From IMG/VR virus record IMGVR_UViG_3300037589_000201, positions 1 to 47,344 of that record: a stretch of 47,344 bases of DNA, one strand, 5' to 3'. Each line of letters begins with the position of its first letter. Positions within the stretch are counted from its first letter, which is position 1. The notes under the pieces are model-generated. The model made no database searches and was not told where the DNA came from. It was given only the letters and a program-made list of their open reading frames with translations. This document shows positions 28,301-36,652 of this stretch, in pieces. The stretch comes from a virus (lineage: Duplodnaviria > Caudoviricetes). The translations under genes were made by a program, and so were the position numbers.

Positions 28301-28809
28301 ATGCATTCGGTGAACCTCTCTGGCGGAAGCGGAGCCTCTCCACCAACCAGGACCTGGACCTCGTGGAGGCCGAGCACAGCCGCATCATCATGGAGACCGG
28401 CTTCGGGGTTCGTCCTCCAGCTGCCTCCAGGAATGGGCTGGACCTGCGGGATGTCACCCTGTCCGATGGGAAGAACGCCTACGATGTCTACCAGCAGCTC
28501 TCGGGCGAGCCTGGTCGCGGGAAGACCCTGAAGGAGTCCCTGGCCAAGCTCATCCAGAGCGACGGCTACCAGAGCCTGGTGGACGGACCATCAGACGTGA
28601 AGGGCACCAAGCTCTCCGCGATCAGCACCGTGGTCGGCAAGTACCGGGCGAACGCATTCAAGATGCTCCTCAAGACATACCCCGAGTTCCGACAGCAGGT
28701 GGCGCAGAGACAGCTCCAGGTGAAGTCGGAGGTCAGCGCCAAACGTGAAGCCCAGAAGGGAGCAGGAGGTGGAGGCGTCGAGACGCTCCTCAAGTCCCTG
28801 GGGTATTAA
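25357..28809 (+). CDS. Large internal virion protein (gp16 position)
   Basis: 1150 aa, helical; PFVKTPVN, GRITGGGP, GWQPYS, RFDP motifs common in podovirus ejection proteins. Confidence 0.85.
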   Translation: MDDLFNKAVADVDSRLGLQTVPDAGTPEAPPEEEASGGMLDTIGGLAKQSLTGAYDLWQSAGAGIAKAGFETKDLVLGEPTEDEKSGIRKEVEAASAMRREKSTANGVVESVSQFATGMLGVGKLAAPIKGVAKLKAAGKAGRFAYESLRGATAAAVVIDPHEERLSNLIQEFDILENPVTEFLAASPDDSAAMGRFKNALEGIGFDLALAGTFAAGVKAVKLYRGGQADEAIKVLKKAEKGVTPAEPKVAGKAGEVLQIDEVAEAEAKASSTTNTVAKEIPAKEATPRWDPAVKVSEIDAETIIKDFEAEEKVLREFGSREEALKAGVRVPRANVPWQKIGGSEDLQALVSNTSKVLRQQMDAAKGGSVLSDAKVRDMVTSTAEMFGDDPALLMGHLAKSGDQAKSMVADMEASYIISRRLFEDAHDAALKTRMGMLDELGGSLETAQAEVLKRFQAAADMLAAGNSMRASAGRSLRRLRSDFAITPEDVAQFSKLPKEQLTEVLYRTGGDLKKLKQAANPAWQRRVLDEATFALTNNLLWFYPTHLVNTTTNFYMLAARPTEKLLGSMALGKGGSAVRRQALKEYAYMTNSLGDAWHGMVEAFKRGDSLLSPHHDEFFEQGSRVNAGPLPWRPVNDVWDLFHNAYMSANYRTIVGLPTRSLGAVDEFVKTLRYRAVVQARAAVGATEAGIPEKDLAKYIQGKLTEAFTPDGRGLDSQAITEAQISTFQQELLSGTAGAAVRNFRHNYPVTALVLPFVKTPVNVLRYAWKMTPGLNMLQTEYRQMLKGALGPEAQAQAVGQMALGSTFMAMAAGLAASGRITGGGPADPQLRKQLTGSGWQPYSFVIENGDGSKTYVPIGRFDPVGMPFGMVADIVDMQITHPNSREAEKGMMAVGVALAKAFSEKTFLLNVNGLLRAITEPENNLGKWAGNLAGNVLVPGSSAVRNYANSDPYVRDARGFLDNAMKGLPGYSETIPPARDAFGEPLWRKRSLSTNQDLDLVEAEHSRIIMETGFGVRPPAASRNGLDLRDVTLSDGKNAYDVYQQLSGEPGRGKTLKESLAKLIQSDGYQSLVDGPSDVKGTKLSAISTVVGKYRANAFKMLLKTYPEFRQQVAQRQLQVKSEVSAKREAQKGAGGGGVETLLKSLGY

Positions 28810-28832
28810 CTCAACCACACTAGGAGGGCCGC

Positions 28833-29540
28833 ATGGCTTTCAGTTTCAATACCGTAGGCTCCAAGGCGGCGGGGGATACCATCTCCGTCCCCTTTCCCTA
28901 CACCAGCAAGGATGACGTTTACGTTCTCGTGGACGGGGAGGAGGTCAGCAGCACCCTCTACTCGTGGTCCTCCGGCTCCACCCTGCTGTGCCTTTCTGGG
29001 TTCCCTGAGGGTACAACTACTCGGGTGGAGAGGAGGTCGTCTGCGGCAAGCCTCCCATCCGAGCAGCAGGGTACCGGCACCTTCGACTACAATGGGGCAA
29101 ACCGCAACGACAAGCACCTGATGTTCATCGCCCAGGAGCGGGTGGACCTTGAGGACACTGTTATAGCCTCGGCGGCACAGGTGTCTACTGACCTAGTTAA
29201 CACCTCCGAGAAGGCTGATGAGGCGGTGGATGCCGCAGCTGCTGCAACCGCCAAGGCAGGAGAGGCGGCATCTTCTGCCAGTGACGCGGCAGGCTCAGCG
29301 AGTACAGCCTCAGCTGCTGCAAGTACGGCCACCACTAAGGCATCCGAGGCGGCAGGCTCAGCGAGTACAGCCTCAGCTGCTGCAAGTACGGCCACCACTA
29401 AGGCTGCGGAAGCTGCGGAGGACGCTGCAAACCTGGGAGCTGCTCTGGCTGCATTCGAGGACTACATGTTCCTCGCCGACTGGGGGTCAATCACAGAGAC
29501 ACCTGGAACAACAACTGATTATGGAGACCTCAGCGCATGA
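28833..29540 (+). CDS. Short tail fibre/adaptor with T7 gp17-like N-terminus
   Basis: VPFPYTSKDDVYVLVDG...RVERRS...FIAQE, then Ala/Ser/Thr coiled-coil repeats. Confidence 0.85.
   Translation: MAFSFNTVGSKAAGDTISVPFPYTSKDDVYVLVDGEEVSSTLYSWSSGSTLLCLSGFPEGTTTRVERRSSAASLPSEQQGTGTFDYNGANRNDKHLMFIAQERVDLEDTVIASAAQVSTDLVNTSEKADEAVDAAAAATAKAGEAASSASDAAGSASTASAAASTATTKASEAAGSASTASAAASTATTKAAEAAEDAANLGAALAAFEDYMFLADWGSITETPGTTTDYGDLSA
29286..29404 (+). repeat. Tandem duplication, 63-bp period (56 bp identical)
   Basis: GCGGCAGGCTCAGCGAGTACAGCC...ACCACTAAGGC at 29286 and 29349; encodes AAGSASTASAAASTATTKA twice. Confidence 0.92.
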
Positions 29541-30274
29541 GTACCCGCATTCAACGACGCGGTGGAACGACCGCAGAACACTCGACGTTCACGGGGGCCA
29601 ACAGAGAGCTTACCATTGACACCACGAAGCACACTGCGGTGGTACATGACGGGTCCACGGTGGGAGGACACCCGCTGGCCAAGTCCTCGGAACTTACCAC
29701 CGGTCTGGCTGGAAAGGCCAACACCAGTCATACCCACAGCATCGCCAACGTGACCGACCTCCAGACGTCCCTGAATGCGAAACTAGCACTGGATGGTTCG
29801 AACATCGGGGAGGGTGCTGGTACTCTCCTTACGGCCCTAGGTTTCTCGGGTTTTGTCCAGACGGTGCTTGACGACTCGGACGCGGCTACGGTGCGGGGGA
29901 CCTTGGGACTATCCTACGCCAGTCAGACAGAGATGGAGGCAGCATCTTCAACCTCCAAGGTGGTGTCTCCGGGGGTGCAACACCACCACCCGAGTGCGGC
30001 CAAGGGGTGGGTCACCTTCAGCGGGGTGACTGCTGCCTCAATTCTTACGTCCTACAACGTGTCTAGCGTAACTCGGACCACCGCAGGCGGATACCAGGTT
30101 GCCTGGGACACCGACTTCTCCACGGCGAACTACTGCTGTAACGCCACGTCCTTCCAGCCGGAAACAAACATCGGCACCATGGAGGTGGGAACTACCAACG
30201 TAGACACCAGAAACTCTTCTGGCACCTTGGCGGATGCTGGGCGTGTATGTGTCATGGCATTCGGAGATCACTGA
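29537..30274 (+). CDS. Tail fibre protein with Mtd_N-like N-terminus
   Basis: IQRRGGTTAEHSTFTGANRELTIDT...VHDGSTVGGHPLA; HTHSIANV knot; C-terminal AKGWVTFSG...SYNVSSV domain. Confidence 0.85.
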   Translation: MSTRIQRRGGTTAEHSTFTGANRELTIDTTKHTAVVHDGSTVGGHPLAKSSELTTGLAGKANTSHTHSIANVTDLQTSLNAKLALDGSNIGEGAGTLLTALGFSGFVQTVLDDSDAATVRGTLGLSYASQTEMEAASSTSKVVSPGVQHHHPSAAKGWVTFSGVTAASILTSYNVSSVTRTTAGGYQVAWDTDFSTANYCCNATSFQPETNIGTMEVGTTNVDTRNSSGTLADAGRVCVMAFGDH

Positions 30275-30543
30275 TGAAGGTTTTCAAATTTAACTATGGT
30301 GAGCATGTGGGCTGCGTCTGCACCCCTAACTATGGGGCGCGGAAGGTGCGAATAGTGGGGGGCGATGAGCTACCCCTCTATGAGATTTACCGGGGAGAGG
30401 ACCCAATCGGTTACGTCCAGGGCAGTCCACAGGTGTCATGGTCCGAGAGCGAGGATGACTTTCTTACACGTATCCGCCAGAAGGACATACCCGAAGGGGC
30501 CACGGGCGTAACCATAGAGGAGCTTTCGGATGTCGGAAACTGA
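30274..30543 (+). CDS. Hypothetical protein, possible fibre chaperone
   Basis: TGATG coupling, GGAG RBS, KDIPEG motif. Confidence 0.6.
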   Translation: MKVFKFNYGEHVGCVCTPNYGARKVRIVGGDELPLYEIYRGEDPIGYVQGSPQVSWSESEDDFLTRIRQKDIPEGATGVTIEELSDVGN

Positions 30544-30579
30544 CCTGGACCCGAATACCTCCCTTATCAATCTGTGAGG

Positions 30580-30598
30580 ACTCTACCACATGGCACAC
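30580..30598 (+). promoter_or_regulatory. Dispersed 19-bp motif copy
   Basis: ACTCTACCACATGGCACAC overlapping the small terminase ATG. Confidence 0.7.
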
Positions 30599-30928
30599 CA
30601 TGACGATGACGATGACGACTTCTATGCGTCCGACAACGTGAGGGACATGAAGTCCCCTGGGGCGGGCCATAACCGGGGGGAGAGCGAGGAGGATGCCTTC
30701 GAGGGCCTGGCGTTTGAGGACCTGATGCGTGAGGCCCGGATGATCCTTTTCAAGGACCTTCTCAGGGCCGTCAACGAGGGCCAAGCGACCCCCCAAGAAA
30801 AGAACACCCTGAGGCAGATGCTGAAGGACAATGGAATGACTGCTGGAGACCCGAACGATGGCGCTGGGAAAGACGACGAGAAACCCAAACGGGACCTCCC
30901 CTCATACCCAGACCCAGAGTACCGCTGA
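30590..30928 (+). CDS. Terminase small subunit (gp18-like)
   Basis: LLRAVNEGQATPQEKNTLRQMLKDNGM motif. Confidence 0.8.
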   Translation: MAHHDDDDDDFYASDNVRDMKSPGAGHNRGESEEDAFEGLAFEDLMREARMILFKDLLRAVNEGQATPQEKNTLRQMLKDNGMTAGDPNDGAGKDDEKPKRDLPSYPDPEYR

Positions 30929-31151
30929 GGCATTTGGCCGTGAGGACATCAGCCGGGAGATCAGCATCTTGCGTGGCCAGAACACACGGACCCTGAAGCG
31001 CCTGGAGCGGCTCAACGCTGCGTTCGATGCCCTGGAGGTGGTCGCAGAGAACCAGGAAGAGGTCTCCGAGCAGGAGCCAAGGCCTGGACTGCTGAAGCGC
31101 GTCCTGAGGCTGCTGTGGCCGAAAGAGAGGCAAAATGACTGGAACGACTGA
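30858..31151 (+). CDS. Hypothetical coiled-coil protein
   Basis: ORF overlapping the small terminase 3' end; start uncertain. Confidence 0.5.
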   Translation: MALGKTTRNPNGTSPHTQTQSTAEAFGREDISREISILRGQNTRTLKRLERLNAAFDALEVVAENQEEVSEQEPRPGLLKRVLRLLWPKERQNDWND

Positions 31152-31431
31152 GAAGCCGGAAGTCTCCGAGCTGGACATGAAGCTCTACGCCGGGATCGAG
31201 GTGGTCCGATCACAACAGTCCGAGATCACCCGCCGCCTGGGAAAGCTGGAAGAGCGCATCGAGAAGTTCATGGTGGACCCGGCCAGGGTGGAAGACCTGG
31301 AGTCATGGCGGGTGGAGGTGGAAGCCCCAACGCCGTGGAAGGCCTACGTCATGCAGGCCATGATGTGGGGTGTCGGGATAACCATCCTCGCCGCCGTGGG
31401 TAGACTTGTTGGAGTGGAGGTGGCGTGGTGA
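31135..31431 (+). CDS. Coiled-coil protein with C-terminal TM helix
   Basis: GAGG RBS; heptad region then hydrophobic C-terminus. Confidence 0.7.
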   Translation: MTGTTEKPEVSELDMKLYAGIEVVRSQQSEITRRLGKLEERIEKFMVDPARVEDLESWRVEVEAPTPWKAYVMQAMMWGVGITILAAVGRLVGVEVAW

Positions 31432-31949
31432 AGACCAAGATCGTAAACCTGTTTGCTGGCCCTGGAGCCGGGAAGAGCACCACCGCCGCAGGGCTGTTCC
31501 ACGCCAAGAAGATGCTTGGGGAGTCCGTCGAGCTGGTCACCGAGTTCGCCAAGGACCTGACCTACGATGGGCACACCCGTGGCCTCGGAAATCAGCTGAC
31601 CATTCTGGGCGAGCAGTTCAACCGCCTGTGGCGTCTCAACGGCCAGGTGGAGTGGGTGATCACCGACAGTCCCCTCCCTCTGGGCATCCTCTACTCGGAG
31701 GGTCCGTTCTCGAAGGCGTGGTTCACCGGGGCGGTGCTTGGGGCGTTCGAGTCCTTCGACAACCGGAACTTCTACATCCGCCGCAAGAAGGCCTACGTCC
31801 CCGAGGGCCGCAACCAGACGGAACAGGTGGCCATCCAGGTGGATCGAAGGGTTCACGGCCTGCTGGACGCCATGGCTATGCCCTACCGCGTGGTCGATGG
31901 GGACGAGGCGGCTGTCACCCTGATCATGGCGGAGCTTGGGAATGGCTGA
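31425..31949 (+). CDS. P-loop kinase/ATPase (AAA_28, NadR-kinase-like)
   Basis: VNLFAGPGAGKST, ELVTEFAKD, VITDSPL, GRNQT. Confidence 0.85.
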   Translation: MVKTKIVNLFAGPGAGKSTTAAGLFHAKKMLGESVELVTEFAKDLTYDGHTRGLGNQLTILGEQFNRLWRLNGQVEWVITDSPLPLGILYSEGPFSKAWFTGAVLGAFESFDNRNFYIRRKKAYVPEGRNQTEQVAIQVDRRVHGLLDAMAMPYRVVDGDEAAVTLIMAELGNG

Positions 31950-32364
31950 TGGGCTGGAGTTAATAGCCCGCCGAGTCATCGCCACGTCTATCGCCTACTA
32001 CGGCCTCGATGTCTCCCTCGTGGAGGACACGGAGTTCGACCAGTGGTGCAAGCGGCTCCACGATGAGTGGGACGATCTTCAGGAGGCCACCCAGTGGAAG
32101 CTGGGGACGCCAGAGGAGGTTCGGGCCTCAGGGTATCACATCAAGATCAGGCAGCGTGACTTGCTGGGCACCAGGGCGTGGGTCCGCGAGAAGGGCCTGC
32201 TTCGGTACGGCGTTGTGTCTGACCCGAAGAGGTGGCTCCCTGTGCCGAAGAGCATTCTGGGGGAGGGACTGAAGTCCTCTCCTCAATCCCAGACCAACTT
32301 CATGACCCACCGCTGGTCCACCGTGGACAACGTGCAGTGGGACTACAAGGAGACGATACAATGA
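31942..32364 (+). CDS. Stand-alone NAD-dependent DNA ligase domain Ia-like protein
   Basis: SIAYYGLDVSLVEDTEFDQWCKRL matches the LigA N-terminal YY..D...D.eyD pattern; no adenylation domain follows. Confidence 0.7.
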   Translation: MADGLELIARRVIATSIAYYGLDVSLVEDTEFDQWCKRLHDEWDDLQEATQWKLGTPEEVRASGYHIKIRQRDLLGTRAWVREKGLLRYGVVSDPKRWLPVPKSILGEGLKSSPQSQTNFMTHRWSTVDNVQWDYKETIQ

Positions 32365-32522
32365 CCGAAGAGAAGACTGTCACGATCACCCAGTCGGAAT
32401 ACGAAAGCCTCTTGGATGCCTCCAGGTGGAAGCTCGCCCTTGAGAGCGGCGGCGTGGATAACTGGGAGGGGTACTACGAGAGCCTCAGGGCGGGCGGCTA
32501 CTTCGATGAGGACGAGGAATGA
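32361..32522 (+). CDS. Small phage protein
   Basis: AAGGAG RBS; LALESGGVDNWEGY motif seen in many phage proteins. Confidence 0.75.
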   Translation: MTEEKTVTITQSEYESLLDASRWKLALESGGVDNWEGYYESLRAGGYFDEDEE

Positions 32523-32743
32523 GCTTCGTCGTCAAGGACCCAAAGAGCGGCCTGTATCTGGCTGGCAGAGACCTGCACCTGGAGGAAGACCTTCAGAAGG
32601 CCCGCGTTTTCCAACGCCAGGCAGATGCCAAGAACTCCCTCAAGAGGAAGTACCAGAGGGCGATCCCAGGTGAGATCGTTGAGGTCCGCCTTTATGAGGT
32701 GCCGGACGACATGATCCTGGACGCCTTGGAGCGACATGGATGA
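32519..32743 (+). CDS. Hypothetical protein
   Basis: ATGA overlaps at both ends. Confidence 0.7.
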   Translation: MSFVVKDPKSGLYLAGRDLHLEEDLQKARVFQRQADAKNSLKRKYQRAIPGEIVEVRLYEVPDDMILDALERHG

Positions 32744-34614
32744 CTGAGCGCCCTATCCTCATTGACCCCCTGAAGTCCCCAAAGGCTTCCCCGCGTCTGG
32801 ACCCTACCACATCACACACGAAGCCCCTCCACTGGGCGAAGGTCGTTTATGGGGACCCCCTGAAGGACGACTTCCGGGTCATGCTGACGTTGATCTGGCG
32901 GCACCTGGGTCTTCCCGACCCGACGCCCCTCCAGTTGGACATCGCGTGGTACATTCAGCACCATGGGTGGAATGGCGAGGTGGACCGCCTCATCATCATG
33001 GGCTTCCGTGGTGTTGCCAAGTCGTGGATCACCGGGGCCTACGCCCTGTGGATCATCTACCGGAACCCGCAGCTGAAGGTCGGCGTCTTCTCAGGCTCTG
33101 GCCGTCGAGCCGTCAACTTCGTGACTTGGTGTCTTCTCCTCATCCGGGAGGTTCCAGAGTTCAAGCACCTGATGCCGAGGCCCCACCAGAGGTCCTCCTC
33201 CCAGAACTTCGACGTTGGGCCTGCCACCCCTGACCAGACCCCGAGCATCTTTGCGGCGGGTATCACCGGCCAGGTGGTTGGCTTCCGAGCCGATGTCATC
33301 GTAGGGGATGACGTGGAGACCAACAAGAACTCCATGACGCCCGACATGCGCGAGAAGGTTTCGGATGGTGTCCGAGAGTTCGACGCGATCATCAAGCCGG
33401 GTGGGCAGATCATCTTCCTGGGAACGCCTCAGACCGAGGCCTCGATCTACAACTCCCTGGCCAAGAAGGGCTACGCGGTTGTCATCTGGCCCGCCAGGTA
33501 CCCTGGGAGGAAGCTGAGGCGCATCTACGGCAACCGGCTGGCACCCTTCATCACCCACAAGGTGGAGAGGGACCCGACGCTGGTGGGCCACTCGACCGAG
33601 CCTGGCCGCTTCTCGGATGACGACCTCGCCGCCCGTGAGAGATCATGGGGTAAGGCAGGCTTCGCCCTCCAGTACATGCTGGACACCAGCCTGTCCGATG
33701 TGGACCGCTATCCGCTCAAGCTGCGTGACCTGATCGTCATGCCGCTGGACATCCGCACTGGGCCGGACATGGTTGCCTGGGGCACCGGGGACCACCTGAA
33801 GGTCCGCGAGGTGGACGCCGTGTGCTTCGACGGGGATGGTCTCTATGGCCCATCCAACGAGTGCAAGACGTTCACGAAGTACCAGCAGGTGGTTGGCTTC
33901 ATCGACCCATCTGGTAAGGGTGCTGACGAGGCTTCGCTCACTATCGTGGCCCTGCTCCACTCCACCGTGTTCGTCCTCTACCAGGGCGGCTGGCAGGATG
34001 GTTACGCCGATGACACCCTTAAGGACATGGCAAAGGCCTGCGTGAAGTATGGCGTCCGCAAGCTCCGCATCGAGGAGGACTTCGGGCAGGGCATGTACGC
34101 CCAGCTCCTGAAGCCGGTCCTGAAGAAGGCCTGGGATGCAGCCAACCGGAAGCGCAGCCGGGACGACCAGGGAGCCACCTCCGTGGAGACCGAACGGGCC
34201 ACCAAGGTCCAGAAGGAGCTTCGCATCCTGGAGGTCCTGGAGCCTGCCTTTTCGTCGCACCGGGTCGTGATCGGTCTGGATGTTCTTCTCGATGACGCCT
34301 CCCAGGTTGAGCGGCGAGACGGAAGCGATCTGGCTGACCGCTACAGCCTCATGTACCAGATCACACGGCTGGCCAGGGAGAGAGACTGCCTGACGCACGA
34401 TGACCGCGTAGAGGGCCTCTCTGGCGCTGTGAGAATGTTCCTGGACCACCTGGGGCTTTCCCCTCAGGATCAGGCCGACGAGGAGGCTGAGAGACGGCTT
34501 GAGGAGTGGCTTGAGGAGATGGAACGCCAGGCTGATGACATGCGGGGCGAAAGCCGCCAGCGTGGCCCGAAGCTCCGGGGGAAACTCCGGTCAGGATCGG
34601 CCAGAAGACGGTAA
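32740..34614 (+). CDS. Terminase large subunit (gp19-like)
   Basis: GFRGVAKSWIT, GITGQVVGFRADVIVGDDVE, LGTPQ, FALQYMLD, IDPSGKGADE, HDDR. Confidence 0.97.
   Translation: MTERPILIDPLKSPKASPRLDPTTSHTKPLHWAKVVYGDPLKDDFRVMLTLIWRHLGLPDPTPLQLDIAWYIQHHGWNGEVDRLIIMGFRGVAKSWITGAYALWIIYRNPQLKVGVFSGSGRRAVNFVTWCLLLIREVPEFKHLMPRPHQRSSSQNFDVGPATPDQTPSIFAAGITGQVVGFRADVIVGDDVETNKNSMTPDMREKVSDGVREFDAIIKPGGQIIFLGTPQTEASIYNSLAKKGYAVVIWPARYPGRKLRRIYGNRLAPFITHKVERDPTLVGHSTEPGRFSDDDLAARERSWGKAGFALQYMLDTSLSDVDRYPLKLRDLIVMPLDIRTGPDMVAWGTGDHLKVREVDAVCFDGDGLYGPSNECKTFTKYQQVVGFIDPSGKGADEASLTIVALLHSTVFVLYQGGWQDGYADDTLKDMAKACVKYGVRKLRIEEDFGQGMYAQLLKPVLKKAWDAANRKRSRDDQGATSVETERATKVQKELRILEVLEPAFSSHRVVIGLDVLLDDASQVERRDGSDLADRYSLMYQITRLARERDCLTHDDRVEGLSGAVRMFLDHLGLSPQDQADEEAERRLEEWLEEMERQADDMRGESRQRGPKLRGKLRSGSARRR
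32801..32819 (+). promoter_or_regulatory. Dispersed 19-bp motif copy inside the terminase 5' end
   Basis: ACCCTACCACATCACACAC. Confidence 0.75.
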
Positions 34615-35408
34615 TCGTTACGGATACGGAATGATCGGAAGTTATCCACCGTATATATACTCCCGGTGTCCATTAGGTATATACATAGAGATAAGGAGAG
34701 GGGGAGACCATCATCCCCTCTCCACTTGGTGTGTACCTTTCTGTATCTTCCCTTAGTGCTTAAAGTGACTGCTTTAGGTAGTACCCTCCAGGTATAGAGG
34801 GGAAGAGGAGTAGACCTCCCCTCTCCCTTAAGTCTATGCTGAAAGTGACTGCCTAATGATCCTCATCCTGCTCGTGTTCTGGCTCCGATCCCGGAAGGCT
34901 CCCAGGGGTGGCTTACGTGAAGTCTCCATTAAACGTGACGACTCGACGCTTTCCCCCCTCTACCCCCCTCAAGTTCCCCAAATGATCGCCTTCTGTTCCC
35001 CTACTGTTCCCATTAGGTGAGGTGGGGGGGCAGGGTATGGAATGCCACAAGGCTGGCCTAACCCATTGAAAACATTAGGCTTCGTAGTTGATTAGGTATC
35101 AACCGCATGTGCCACAAGACCGCCAAGAGTGTTGCATAAAAGACACACCCTCTCTATATCCTATCAGTATGCTTTTCCAGTCACATTGCGCATGGAAGTT
35201 GGCACGGGTCTTGCTACGCGCCTAGGCGTGTTCCTCTAGCCCCCTTGAAGTCATTCCATTAGGTTCCCCTAAAGTATGCTTACCAGGTAGACACCCTAGG
35301 CGGGCATGAGGTGGTAATGGGGTGGGCATGAGGTGGGGCCTAGCTGGTACCTATCAGGGGGCCATGGGGGTTGTATGGGATACTCTAGGTTGTACCAATA
35401 TGCACACA

Positions 35409-35427
35409 ATGTGGAGTGTGAGAGGGT
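35409..35427 (-). promoter_or_regulatory. Dispersed motif copy, reverse orientation
   Basis: Reverse complement ACCCTCTCACACTCCACAT. Confidence 0.65.
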
Positions 35428-35518
35428 AATATCACCTAATGTCGTCTTCAGGGGCATTTTTATTGCCCATTAAAACAGTCACTTAGAGCCTATCAGCAAG
35501 AAAAGTGCATAATGCAAT

Positions 35519-35537
35519 CTGTGGTATGTGGTAGGAT
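35519..35537 (-). promoter_or_regulatory. Dispersed motif copy, reverse orientation
   Basis: Reverse complement ATCCTACCACATACCACAG. Confidence 0.6.
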
Positions 35538-35620
35538 CAATAGCGGTATGAGACCTTAGGTACATCGAAACGGACATGAGGTCACCAAGACCTAGCCGCT
35601 TCGGGGGGTTCCTTCGGGAT

Positions 35621-35639
35621 ACCCTATCACATTCCACAC
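35621..35639 (+). promoter_or_regulatory. Dispersed 19-bp motif copy
   Basis: ACCCTATCACATTCCACAC, identical to the copy at 36249. Confidence 0.75.
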
Positions 35640-35962
35640 AATCCTCATGACAAGGGGAGCGTGTCGGGCCTTAGGGCCTAAGACGGTACAGGGAAGCGTG
35701 GGAGCTTCTAGCGGGCTAAGCCTTGAGGGACCTAAGAACCCCTCATGTGATCCTCGCAAGCCAACCCCACGTCATAGAGCGCCAAGCAAGAAGCTCTGCC
35801 CCGCATGTGTGAAGAGCGCATGTGAAAGACGGACCTTAGGTGGCACGGCGCGGAACGCGCATAGGTGAGACGATATACCCTAAGGAACGAATAAGGCGAA
35901 CTAGTCGGCAAGCTTGGTAGCTTGTCCTTGAAGAGGAACCACGAAACTAGGAGTAGCACACC

Positions 35963-36241
35963 ATGACCGACATGAACCTTGTGGAGCGTATGGTGAAGGC
36001 CGACGCGGATGCGGCGACAGCTGCGGAGAATAGCCTCGTGGTTGGACAACCCTTCAAGGGGTGCCGTGGTATCTGCGAGGACCTAGGTCTGACGCTGACC
36101 GGAGGCGAGGACCCTGAGGGTGATGCGGTCTACAATGTGGCATCCTCTGCGGCGTATCGTAGGTTCAACCTCTACGCTATCTATCTGGATGACAAAGGTA
36201 TCATCACGGCATGCATGATTAAGGACGGGTCTGCTGAGTAG
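35963..36241 (+). CDS. Early hypothetical protein
   Basis: AGGAG RBS, 92 aa. Confidence 0.75.
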   Translation: MTDMNLVERMVKADADAATAAENSLVVGQPFKGCRGICEDLGLTLTGGEDPEGDAVYNVASSAAYRRFNLYAIYLDDKGIITACMIKDGSAE

Positions 36242-36248
36242 CGGCCCA

Positions 36249-36267
36249 ACCCTATCACATTCCACAC
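36249..36267 (+). promoter_or_regulatory. Dispersed 19-bp motif copy
   Basis: ACCCTATCACATTCCACAC, intergenic. Confidence 0.75.
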
Positions 36268-36291
36268 TCCCAACCTAGAGGAGCACACCTC

Positions 36292-36594
36292 ATGACCATA
36301 AAGTATCGCATCACGTCCAACCACGCGGCCACGCTTGCCAACATCTGCATGGTGGCTGGGGAGAAGTTTGAGGCCAACGCTAAGGCTCTCGATGAGCACT
36401 CCAAGTCGGACCCTGTAGAGGGCCAGATGATTACACCGGGAGCAGCTGCGAGGTTGCGTGACCAGTTCAGCTATCAGGCGGCGCAGGCGCAGCACCTTGT
36501 GCAGGTCTTTCAGGCCTTCGATGGGTCTGGGGTCTTGGAGGTCGATGAGGGGATGATCGAAGACATCGCCGCGCTTGGGGGCAATGGGTCTTGA
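36292..36594 (+). CDS. Early hypothetical protein
   Basis: GAGGAG RBS, 100 aa. Confidence 0.75.
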   Translation: MTIKYRITSNHAATLANICMVAGEKFEANAKALDEHSKSDPVEGQMITPGAAARLRDQFSYQAAQAQHLVQVFQAFDGSGVLEVDEGMIEDIAALGGNGS

Positions 36595-36637
36595 CAAGCT
36601 AACACCACCACATTACACACTATACCACGAAGCACAC
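36591..36637 (+). promoter_or_regulatory. TTGACA -35 element followed by two tandem motif copies
   Basis: TTGACA at 36591; ACACCACCACATTACACAC at 36602 and ACTATACCACGAAGCACAC at 36619. Confidence 0.65.
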
Positions 36638-36652
36638 AAAGGAGCTTTGACC

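Larger units (their letters stand above)
34615..35962. other. Non-coding junction of virion genome ends (expected terminal-repeat region)
   Basis: About 1.3 kb without a credible ORF between terminase and the first early gene; more AT-rich; short repeats (CCATTAGGT, CCTTAGG, TGCT(T/G)AAAGTGACTGC). Confidence 0.7.

Noticed and set aside
29537-30274. Diversity-generating retroelement suggested by the Mtd_N domain
   Set aside because: No reverse transcriptase and no template/variable repeat pair seen
6173-34449. Long minus-strand ORFs (e.g. 6173-7225, 8855-9994, 16010-17029, 17219-18319, 24288-25499)
   Set aside because: Shadow frames of GC-rich plus-strand genes; no RBS or recognisable motifs
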